Positions 23,201 through 28,990 of a stretch of DNA of 64,000 bases are shown here, in pieces. The stretch is from a virus. Position numbers and translations under genes: made by a program. The notes under the pieces were generated by a model. The model was given only the letters and a program-made list of their open reading frames with translations. It was not told the DNA's origin and did not search any database. Positions within the stretch are counted from its first letter, which is position 1. Each line of letters begins with the position of its first letter. The stretch covers positions 9,143 through 73,142 of IMG/VR virus record IMGVR_UViG_3300006735_000027. The stretch is one strand, 5' to 3'.

Positions 23201-26200
23201 TCATGCTGTTGTCTGGGCCGGGGAAGATGCCGCGCTCCGCGTTGTCGAAGAAGAAATCCTCAAAGAGCGGAATCTCGACCAGTGCGCGTGTACTTGCGTA
23301 TTGCGTGCCCAACTGATAGTCGTGTTGGACTGTGTCGAGAGTCTGGAACAAGCGGTCATTGATGGTCGTCCCATCGTTGCACATGGTCTCTTCGCTGAAC
23401 TTGTCGTCGAGGTGAATGACGCTCCCTGCGGTAATTGACGTCGCCGTAATCCACGCTGCCAGAGAATCGGCTTCAGACCCATCCGCAAGAACGAATTTAT
23501 CTGTTCCAAGGTGCCCGGTGCCGGAAGCAAACGTGAACGTCGTCCCGGTCTTGCTGGTGTATTCAGCACTGGCAAACTCAATGCCTTCACCTTGGTTTGT
23601 CGCCAACTGCAGGTAAATCCGACCAACCTTCGGGAAGCAGTAAGTTCCCCATGATTGCAGGTCATCCGCCTTGTTGTTGAGGGGGAGCACCACGACAGTC
23701 GTACTGCTCGTCGAACTGACCACGGCTTGGCAATCGCGTCGCGTGTTCCAAGCGAGGCGACCCAGAGGGCTGGGGTCCCACGTCTCCTTGGTGTTGACCG
23801 CACCTTGTCCGCCACCCCCAAGCATCATGGTGATGACCGGCGCCCCCGGCATGATTTCCTTCACGATGTGTGAGTCGGGTGCCGCTGAACCCTTGACGCT
23901 CACACTGGATGATGCGAGGTCACCGATGACGCCATGCGCACGCATAACGGTTTGACCATCATCATCGTCAGAGAAAGAAACAACTCGTCCACGTGCCACG
24001 AGACTTTCAATGGTCACCGTGTTACTGCTGTCTGTACCCGTGAGCATTTTGCTCAACATGTTGAGACGTGCTCGGTCGCTGGGCTGGACAATCAAACGGG
24101 TCTTCTTACCCTTCGTTGTGTGCTCGATGATGTCGAAAAACTCGTGCACGCACGAACTCTGATTGACTGTGCCGCGCCCAACCATCTGCGGTTGGGTGAA
24201 CAGTTCGTCGTTGTCGACCAGAGCATCGCTGGTTCCGCCACCAATCGTCACAGAGGTGGACGTGACGGCGGTGACTTTGCCCAAGTTCTTGCCGTTTGAC
24301 TTGTACAGAATGTCGTTGACGGCAATGACTGTGGTCGCATCTACACCATCAACAGTCATGGCAGAGGAAGTCGAAGAAGAGTAGCCTGAGCCGTTGTTAA
24401 TGCGTACACCCGTGCGGGGGCGAGCACCGTTGGTCGCTTTCCTGACGCTGAAGCCGCCCGTGTCCTCAAAGCCAACGCTGTCGGTCTCATCTGCTCGAAC
24501 GAGTAACCGGTGGAAGATAGAGCCGCGCGATTGCAGGTCGGCGTTGGCTACAGCGATGGCCTGCGGCGTGGTCTGCACGGGGTCGCTGGACGTCAGAGGT
24601 AGGTAGTTCTCTGGGCAAAGAGAGCGGTCCAGAACGCTCTCTGCCACGGTGCCTTCCGCGTGCTCGCCCTCCAGTTCGCCGTCTTCGAACACAAACATGT
24701 CTGGAGTCTCAAACTCGATGATGCCGCCGGGTGCAACGAGTTCCAAGTCTTCGATGGCCATGGAATCACGGATGAGGTCAAGAATCGAGTAGCCACTTGC
24801 CAACTCTGTAGCGACATCAGGCAGCGTTTTCGTCACCATCAACTTTGGAGAGTTGTCTGCTTTTTGCACGATGGCGCCGGTCACGGCCAACGTGACGAAA
24901 CTGGATTGCGCTGCTGCTGAAAGCGTGAGCGTCTTCGCTGAATGGTTGATGATTGCAGTGACGCCTGCAGTCGTAGAGGCGACGACACCGCCGATGCTGA
25001 TGCCCGACGCCGGAATGCTTTGTCCGTCGTAGCCGAACGACTTGGCGCTCTGAAGCGTCAAGACCTTGTTCGCCCCGCTGATGCCTGTGGTCAGTCGACT
25101 CGTAGCCCCAACAGTGAACTGAGAGCCCTCGAAGTCAATAGCGTCGTAGTGAATCTGTACGAAGGGGGCGTAACTGTACGACCTTAGGCGTGGCAGGGAG
25201 AGCGTGGCGATGCGAGCCTCGGACGAGGGCACCATGAACTTGGTATCGCCGGTCTCTTGATTGCCGGAAACCGCCTTGAGCATGAACGGTGCTGGGTCAA
25301 AATTTGAGCCACCAATGGCGAGAATTGCACGCTTCGAGTCCGCAATGTCGGACATGCCGTTTTCAACAAGAGTGTTGACTCCCCCTGCAGCGACTACCGA
25401 CCGAACGGTCATTGGCCCATGCGTGTCGAAAGAGGACACAACGCTGTTCATCGGGACCGTCGAGCGGATGTCTGAGAACTGACTGGGGAAGGAAGCCGAA
25501 ATCACATCGCTGCTGATGTCCAACTTTTTCTCGACTTCGTGGGTGCTGGTAGGTGGCAGCGTGCCCATGAACGGATGACTGACCACATGGTTGAGCGTGT
25601 GCCTTCCACTGTGCCCCGCGACAAACTTGGAACCCATGTTGGTCGTGCTGGCAGAGAACTTGTTGTACTCATGGTCGTCAATCGCCATGCTCTGAGAGAA
25701 CATGATGCCGCTGTGCTCGAAGTCACTTTCGTCAATGATGACCTGACTCTGTCTTTGGGAAAACTGCGTGCCGCTACCGTAGGGCTGGAACTCGTTGCCC
25801 TCACCTGTGTCGACAATGCAGTCACCAGTGATGATGACGAAGCGACCTGCGTCGTGAGCCATGAGCGCTCCACGACGACCAGTGCTGGCGTTGGACGCGA
25901 AGTCGAGATGGATGGACTCGACGGTGATAGTTCCCGCACTGGCGTCAATCGCCATCAGGCGCAGACGCTCAGGTGCCTTGTTCGTGGGCTTCCCTGTCGT
26001 CTGGCTGTAAGCCAATGGGTTGACCAAGATGTTGTACGGCACCTTTGGGATTGAAACATCCGAAGAAGAGGAAGCGGAGTAGACAGTGACTTTGTACGAG
26101 CCACCGCTGTAAGGGCTGGCTGTGAAGTCCAGCGACGTCAGCCCGCTCTGACCGCTCAGTTCATCGACCAGTGTCTGCGCAGCCGTCGCTCCAATGTTGA

Positions 26201-26978
26201 TGCTCGAAGTAGCGCTCGTTGAAGCCGAGATTGACGGCGAGGTGGTGATGGTCGTAATCGGGCTGACGGGCTCTTCAAACCGCCACAAGCCAAGCGTGTT
26301 GTCGCTCTTGACTGGGGCATACTGCTGGTGACCGGAGGGCATCGCTCCACTGGACCAGTGAATGGCTTCCAGTGTCCCACGGAAATCACCGCCGCGACCT
26401 CCGAGGTACATGCTGTTCTGCTGTGGCACCAGTTCATGCACTTCATCAAGCGTCTTCGACACCGCCAAATCGCCATTGATGAGCAGGCTGAGAATGCGCC
26501 CGTCAAACATTGCAGTCACGTTGAGCAACTCTCTGTGCCCTTCGTTGAACGCCGTCACGTCGTCTCGCTCAACGTCGGTGGCGAGGTAAGCGTCGTTGAC
26601 CTCATCGCTATGCGGGAACAGCACCCCGTCCCAGTATGCGAGCCGACCGTTGGCCTTCGTGACCGGCTTGGCCGTGGACAGTGAGAAAACTGCATCTCGT
26701 CCACTGGCTTGGTTGCGCAGACGAATCTCAAACGTTGCTGGGGCCGGACTGCTGGGACTGCCGACTGTGAGTCGCATAACGTTCTCTTGCTCAAAGATGG
26801 TGCCTCCTGAGTCAGGGATGAACCACGTCTCAAGGGTGAACGCCGACAGTGCATTCGGCAGAGACTTACGCTCTTCTTGCTGAAGACCATGAACAAAGTT
26901 CTGGTTCACCGGAACCAGAACGCTGTCGCTTACGCCGTTGAAGCGCAAGCCGAATCCGGGGTCTATGGTCAGCGTCAT
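11253..26978 (-). CDS. Giant 5241-aa virion/tail protein with N-terminal LamG (ConA-like) domain
   Basis: This is one uninterrupted 15.7-kb ORF. The LamG signature is GLRFNGVSDSV...FTLETWF...LLING...MYLGG...FRGTLEAI...LGLWRFEE. It also has repeated beta-rich T/S/G modules and tail-module context. Confidence 0.8.
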   Translation of the reverse strand: MTLTIDPGFGLRFNGVSDSVLVPVNQNFVHGLQQEERKSLPNALSAFTLETWFIPDSGGTIFEQENVMRLTVGSPSSPAPATFEIRLRNQASGRDAVFSLSTAKPVTKANGRLAYWDGVLFPHSDEVNDAYLATDVERDDVTAFNEGHRELLNVTAMFDGRILSLLINGDLAVSKTLDEVHELVPQQNSMYLGGRGGDFRGTLEAIHWSSGAMPSGHQQYAPVKSDNTLGLWRFEEPVSPITTITTSPSISASTSATSSINIGATAAQTLVDELSGQSGLTSLDFTASPYSGGSYKVTVYSASSSSDVSIPKVPYNILVNPLAYSQTTGKPTNKAPERLRLMAIDASAGTITVESIHLDFASNASTGRRGALMAHDAGRFVIITGDCIVDTGEGNEFQPYGSGTQFSQRQSQVIIDESDFEHSGIMFSQSMAIDDHEYNKFSASTTNMGSKFVAGHSGRHTLNHVVSHPFMGTLPPTSTHEVEKKLDISSDVISASFPSQFSDIRSTVPMNSVVSSFDTHGPMTVRSVVAAGGVNTLVENGMSDIADSKRAILAIGGSNFDPAPFMLKAVSGNQETGDTKFMVPSSEARIATLSLPRLRSYSYAPFVQIHYDAIDFEGSQFTVGATSRLTTGISGANKVLTLQSAKSFGYDGQSIPASGISIGGVVASTTAGVTAIINHSAKTLTLSAAAQSSFVTLAVTGAIVQKADNSPKLMVTKTLPDVATELASGYSILDLIRDSMAIEDLELVAPGGIIEFETPDMFVFEDGELEGEHAEGTVAESVLDRSLCPENYLPLTSSDPVQTTPQAIAVANADLQSRGSIFHRLLVRADETDSVGFEDTGGFSVRKATNGARPRTGVRINNGSGYSSSTSSAMTVDGVDATTVIAVNDILYKSNGKNLGKVTAVTSTSVTIGGGTSDALVDNDELFTQPQMVGRGTVNQSSCVHEFFDIIEHTTKGKKTRLIVQPSDRARLNMLSKMLTGTDSSNTVTIESLVARGRVVSFSDDDDGQTVMRAHGVIGDLASSSVSVKGSAAPDSHIVKEIMPGAPVITMMLGGGGQGAVNTKETWDPSPLGRLAWNTRRDCQAVVSSTSSTTVVVLPLNNKADDLQSWGTYCFPKVGRIYLQLATNQGEGIEFASAEYTSKTGTTFTFASGTGHLGTDKFVLADGSEADSLAAWITATSITAGSVIHLDDKFSEETMCNDGTTINDRLFQTLDTVQHDYQLGTQYASTRALVEIPLFEDFFFDNAERGIFPGPDNSMKLHIDATHTAHSWNPSPVGRRPEAVAPRDPELFGPFSFTVQNQSHRSGTKVTRPYDSGNSRVYVEDANLFPIPSAPPVEVAELGGSARYRRAFLASGEWVTYSARNTTDHYLTVVDSGDDHAFSEHFLRDIKVGAHIFPSPGYQDMSHPGIADNPSLISAGHESRRPFYFDRANVMTQGGNVDYGLRQYVSAIELRAGPTSNPHLPRIVNKRPRAKAVSVTGSPATSITLDDATLFPIASHDSNYKFRVGWKDAAGTTYRGFYDNRVGNVLTIVSPDSGFTPAVGDEIFVEDLHDTTGNQFPQTLETFLNRAWAHPFCGGGLRQGDTVWMNMHYTNPHAIEGLFCKSRGTLNEAEVWSGFNGGVSGPNVSPRDSIPMENFLIGNTCTETAQNLVQHINKTIQLNYEALKTSATAPVVAYIDPYQCTEDFARILLYDVAHDREFIAFQDLHMQVQTSAAASTIGNETSFKTPIHSAATSGSGLDVAAGFPSQNKNIISTHKSDFIESAYAHNSDWNESVTDGLSTHYVGGADDLATDGFSDRTNSATVKTAADDALAKHQKIDADTRERSTFFDTPDGTRVVPAFLGMKGIRAGTLDLTSHDETRLKYLEHWTKMDFVRRLTVDLGEVALRDGVTSIESAALEVVRLINQAGAKNGKTHARRPNDQFLGESSKFNLASPGPKSSAFGTNIDPAATHLHADFAATASTHDPAPFWDPSKAFSSHDRGTHMGYVRAHLGRVVLDSDGRPGFSIVIHSTVPGAAGRNFCTWLDSSKAQSPYRPQFLIGHGGRFRNYWCQPDEVTGENMHPAPMPINRFGRPFAPITTLKEHLPPENPNDAFLNNLDFGPDRVDSTTALTDASREGGSGRNANTALNESFETKSPASVLVDGLRVGTQARARINFGGLTQAGIPGWAPDVGKWGFGNDGTESNLQSRYGTASNVADAMTVTTEGSADGYIPQADLKAENIGKSPLYGLRFVDHRGDNHTIRFVYRQNEQKFASDNTYLPPTLDEEILIHFDDRDVSQGGFTVGAHMVGTGEVCGEKTGGTAKKFKGNLWNNYPSPIVGAKATTSLSSGTMTITLGASYDTSAPAVLQTHPDLLGYLGFPESGMFQLSKASSGAQGLTFYYTSRTHNGHAGPHKFFGVIGGSSSHSNGDWYLSPRINFTCLLTDEVMAAAVEHAISGTTETFDCRDMFAPDGRTLGEWGVSADAIHVVARNTDRVRLGRLFDVRRTKDFGLMDGATSDAVVSSKHTGGLSNAEVDAGTRLDVGYIPETVLHITTKYRGSNANTATPVLVDSQNNIVDVTTWQRNLRGENFIDVPGDLVIPRVDSPIIEVHTFNGGGGGALSTIEVASNESLALLGKLASDDADTWGEPLIVWYSTTEYAEVRSKPGASSVTQLDVVTHSANFAVVAGDTLFKGTTRASDAVRTDGVRRAGSKNASPFLYFRGGRDSPDHWVPLYFGGGFSGAVVDINDGTQNDYADFYTHPYASGPTGSAGFQNIGEMAGSHALIDTNAMLAMFPGTPYLDQHRGQNHPPFFNQDALLSYDMAKGANTKATGLTYTDGSRSVAINVPTPLILRFAHPHARYSATGDSADQTIYMIFGPGQAFPHNTAAHEPQGANIVTTGNGYSAVPIYIGGNTAKDSFLPNQLANGDATEHSGLNRTSSAAAHLPMTTFFQQNNTRGFNYPMNWQPAKGFPNTNATGSKTYSQTLAKAFYFEGSVATTSNLPKHYHPFNFVFSDLAGASIGSATHTTTRKSSVIWHMDGGYHPGGHFLDDHVSKNPKNPVASARISTGSGNKHNGTSFRPAGLLAKAYRSFYASAGSEGDQVVDENVVIVDATRCQNAEELGAVLSGAINTFPGNDPLKAIGGTFMPSMQNAHNQDRYGWVELPVVSYAAESGSTPASLVVTSTATTYPEYGWLRVSDGTSAGSAPYISHSVGSPNTTFTLAVSPGTTATNIVDSGLNPIAPGADFKAYIWTKAGTHRHNNTGTASRDHMTQVHFSGYHDAVDRTKPVGAVGWHGEAYSYLNSYEAETSVGADVHFAGLGAWHPLLGFSPYGAAETCLTGGAPTGATENPAATFVQDYCVTGLATRHLVAVAHEAELPIIAKADRDGISCTGDWLHMVQSTNIAHAGTTAWNTGKVHNRSRYVGPATAGPHVEAQIHSSLSVPIEESDYPAVGSAPSDAQWHRTIQSGDMVRANACRYPTGDLFWDESVVIQSGAHESASTLGVECIGVSSHDHYLNINAAATDMPHNGLFGYFSNRHAARNFLPEHVVWKRMDGGSLTMPAVNARGLGMIPWVQRKDSSDTDFKTVGEKVLGNVRFSFETTNAAMFPIIQAQELGHPQLAEQHPLEVRNALLIPNEDQQFKSMQVVDDTGQEHHLDGGSPLGTVILDFRHISDREIEGLAPALAGAGVNPNLRIRLPDADEIPGNIIIRSGFDRIQAYQTETIGSGGLQHPAQNITQIRQMFNNEYSGPRLWPTWENNGWEHLSQDAVDISTTKSDSRLKFPASTSEGWTDHTSNAPLESAYEPHDRNLFFHITRMGVSMTHRFDLDELTYSSHSGTEINVTSTPEAAVWTDTTEQSGGRYFLRVYDPATDKGVLASYTGVSTNKFTGVVYSPDFASFVLGKTGLKVVPSYYMPAGSTRMFAARRLRDHSEYSGASPDMVKLDWFDIYSDLPGSTGAMANPSAPYTRMTTPKMTPMPIPRMGHHYVTPTMAMMPGHYAHPAYQRLYSLNRACASSNHAPYEDSLIGNREGTRTSVTSTVLTHGNGRDPLVWFSTPTAPFGPSDIHGGAFTLLTETKLKYEGYGIAASAGANAGTINAQGGHTLVLEAANTYTMNNHFPDPLEVGAYQIIIQPNVFKQQLQGFHQNHATENKAPSESGTKVTELTGQQVNTVIAIEKNVSTRGAYALILAEAMMADVRGCEVILNEVILDIEPDASSQFTNLPPLALYNPLGVQESSSPAFTRRSLPYRPGMFQSATPGRTLTIPWWGILHKDGADAAGAAKFRHLEWHRPDNYYEFCRVGYGAVGAQMTLAGYPTSFLDLYEPHKRLRSLNPNCVVISDNGSSTITVDDNAMFPVKPYFGEVLEYTKNGVRYTATYTNRTGTLAHATLGESDTFSGVSGSAAFWANIGANTILRLSRPYDNGPSDDLFTRSEVSIMTRNLPQYANGSRDTNSLHAPDAFLCMWHPNLGRPFTWYSDDSSRAFYTNAGTADTPVDQKPLNHVPEHFETIHYHDFNYVASKGPFGLAMKWVVPPHDHDNNAGTALSHDGTLTTASDIDAKVDGAGTLNHQGGTVGSNKYNFSGFWPGGSHGGGAVSRMESYGHALIGWGSDTFGMDCETYQDSTGIATLSLPNDRNRCFGYRMAVRQLFNRPRWSPYVRGWLEVANSNAMLGYYHGPLIQQDSKTNGWDYVGSDSGQSDRTFDALYVGILERITQVSSLLGQDQIGRQVRYSDGRRMTGPFGCPVRTMRNASTTTRLFPNDEAGQGTEDLARAHRHYMVDWWGNTRGEEVRRFPVRGFGLRPSWDPEDAYADTNVTHRPAVNGLFGGDGNDRYSGNDNSGNNAASNMGTADWFNPASALRVGDRGDGRGVRWPTVFNESLLMAVSEPHDATGLVLSHSTAEPAFGQGLVRPSNATLQVGEIERGISDRVDLNSDDGLLKPSAHVGEGVETVNADTRGAEPVSRNDVRLGLDVDTIAELNDGVSREYVVMSTEASSLHTDRAVGQRTNIRGAYDVGSRTLKDLDMTALNWSDKPVSGVVKHSDAHAMWPLGGTYVMEWSKHAGVLDVKGWGKAGASTSSNPYQDSNHDPIKENVNYTDSTIEFLYRPAHTLDAKHSQLFRAFLNTGGRQAGSNFYRATAGGKYGLFTSDAPSARTGTPSSPPYAPVYDVDPASPTTADSNGPKIQGADVAGFDKTDVRSPVARMVMSENTLEHFRADASRRSADDDEGDFSVQPRHSQTLHPKGSKGDTSFNTGDHSGE

Positions 26979-26980
26979 CG

Positions 26981-28981
26981 TTACACCCCCAGCACGAAGT
27001 CCGTGGCGACAAGCACCATGTGGAACGTGTAGTAGTTCTTGCCAGCATCATATCGCACATGAACCTTCTCTGGAATAATACGAATGCCGCCGTCGTTGCC
27101 CCGTGAAATGCTGCGGTCGACTGTGACCCACAGCGACTGCACGTTATCGACAAGGAAGCCCGTCAATGACTGGAGGTCGTCTCCGAAATCTCCCATCTTG
27201 TCTGCGAAGCGGCTCAACAAGCCGCCCTCTCTGCCCCCCTCGTCAGCCTTGTTGCCCCCAACGACGTCATCCAGAAGCAGACCCTGCATGGGAAGCGAGG
27301 CCGACCGCTCATTGGCAAGCGACCCTTTCTCTGATGCGGGGACATTCCCAAACGTCAGGAAAAAGTTTCGAGCAACTCCCGTCACACCAGAACTGGTGAT
27401 GAGGCTGTCGTATGGAATCTGTACGCCTCGGAAAAGGTCGGAGTGGCGACCTGCGTTAGAAACGAGACCTATCAGGTCCTGCGCTTTGTCTCCCGCGGAC
27501 TTCTTTGCAGCCGAGTCAAACTGCGTTGACGACATAAGCACCTGAGGCGAGAAGTCGGCTTGCAGCGACAGGTCCATGGACGGAGGATGCTCGATGGGTG
27601 AGTCAGGCTGGTATTTCTGTTCGATAAGGACCATCGCCCCTTGTCGCGTGACCGTGAATACGTCAGTCAGTGTTTTGTCGTTGCCCGGTGCCAGTATGAC
27701 GTTGCTGATGTTGGCTGATGTAACAGCCGCGTTGGTCAAAGCGTCTTGAACAATCTGTGCCATCAGCACGGCTGGATTGGTGTTGACCGTATCTGTAAGA
27801 CCGCCGATAGGTACGTCAATGACCGCGTCGTAGTGCATAGCATCTTTTGGAGCAAACGAAACCCCTCGACTCACGCGGGTCGCGGTATGCAGGACGCTCG
27901 GTTGGTCCGAACCACCCAAGAGTGGAGGAGTCTTGTTCGCATTGAATCTCAGCCGAATCCCAATGTTTCGCCCGGAAGGGAAGTCACGGTCACTGAGGGC
28001 GAAGCCGCCTTTGGGATTCCGAGTCCTGTCTTCCAGCCAATACATCGGAACGAGTTTGATGGAGCGCTCGTGCAACCGACCGACTACGTCGTTTTCACTC
28101 TGATTGATGGTGATGTTGGTTCCGGGGACAACGTCGATGAGAGAGGTGGCTGTGAGTGCGACGTCGTAGTTGTCGTCACTCGCGTTGTAGGTGAACGTGT
28201 CGACATAACCGATGAACTCGGCTCGGTCAGTGAAGCATTTGGGAGTCACGTAGACTTCGTCGTTGGCGGAGATTGCATTTGGCAAGGCCGAGGTGAACGT
28301 GATGGTCGTCGACGTCAACGCCGAAACGAGCCCAAGAAGTGTGCCATCGGACTTGGTAACGCGGTCTCCGATGTTCAGCAGGGCGGCTGCCCCAAGGCGG
28401 TCAGGGTCGTCCGAAATGCTGAGTGTGGTGCCCTGCACTTTCAACGTAGATGCAACCGTCAGAGCGCCTGTTGCACCTGCAGAATGGGCACCTGAAAACT
28501 TCAGGTTGACTTGAACCCGACCGTTGAAATCTGGAATGACGTTGTCCGTCGCCTCAAGATTTTCAAGCGTCGTAGTAGAACCCTTGACGGCTGCACGTGT
28601 AGCGACCAGTTTTGGAAACCGAACGCTGCGGTTCGACACGAAGCGATTGCTACCGGACGAAACCACTGCGAGGTTGCGGATGGGAGCGAAAGGTGAGTTG
28701 GGCTCTGCCGGTAGCATGCTGCCGAAGTTGAAGAGCATGCGTGACGGAAGGGTGCGCTGTACGCCAGTGGGCGTGTCGATACCTGCGTCGTCGTCAAGAA
28801 TGCCGTCAATCTCGACGGTGATGCGAGGGATGTTCGTGTCGGAAGCATACCGCTTCAAGAGGTTGTTGGGTGTCGGAAAAGCGCTGATGTTTCGGTCAAC
28901 TCCGATGTCGATGCTCTGTGCGTTCAAATCCACTTGAATGTCGCCGTTTGTACCAGCGAGAAGTCGGATTGGAATGGCCAT
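26981..28981 (-). CDS. Distal-tail-like protein, paralog 2 (666 aa)
   Basis: Its N- and C-terminal blocks align by eye with the 844-aa neighbour (IPIRLL, KSAGDKAQDL, GVQIPY, ARNFFLT). It lies downstream of the tape-measure slot. Confidence 0.55.
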   Translation of the reverse strand: MAIPIRLLAGTNGDIQVDLNAQSIDIGVDRNISAFPTPNNLLKRYASDTNIPRITVEIDGILDDDAGIDTPTGVQRTLPSRMLFNFGSMLPAEPNSPFAPIRNLAVVSSGSNRFVSNRSVRFPKLVATRAAVKGSTTTLENLEATDNVIPDFNGRVQVNLKFSGAHSAGATGALTVASTLKVQGTTLSISDDPDRLGAAALLNIGDRVTKSDGTLLGLVSALTSTTITFTSALPNAISANDEVYVTPKCFTDRAEFIGYVDTFTYNASDDNYDVALTATSLIDVVPGTNITINQSENDVVGRLHERSIKLVPMYWLEDRTRNPKGGFALSDRDFPSGRNIGIRLRFNANKTPPLLGGSDQPSVLHTATRVSRGVSFAPKDAMHYDAVIDVPIGGLTDTVNTNPAVLMAQIVQDALTNAAVTSANISNVILAPGNDKTLTDVFTVTRQGAMVLIEQKYQPDSPIEHPPSMDLSLQADFSPQVLMSSTQFDSAAKKSAGDKAQDLIGLVSNAGRHSDLFRGVQIPYDSLITSSGVTGVARNFFLTFGNVPASEKGSLANERSASLPMQGLLLDDVVGGNKADEGGREGGLLSRFADKMGDFGDDLQSLTGFLVDNVQSLWVTVDRSISRGNDGGIRIIPEKVHVRYDAGKNYYTFHMVLVATDFVLGV

Positions 28982-28990
28982 GGTTTCACC

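Noticed and set aside
11253-26978. Giant ORF as the tape measure protein
   Set aside because: It is beta-rich and Gly/Ser/Thr/Pro-rich with a LamG domain rather than Ala/Leu helical, and it lies downstream of the Dit-like genes, not in the TMP slot.
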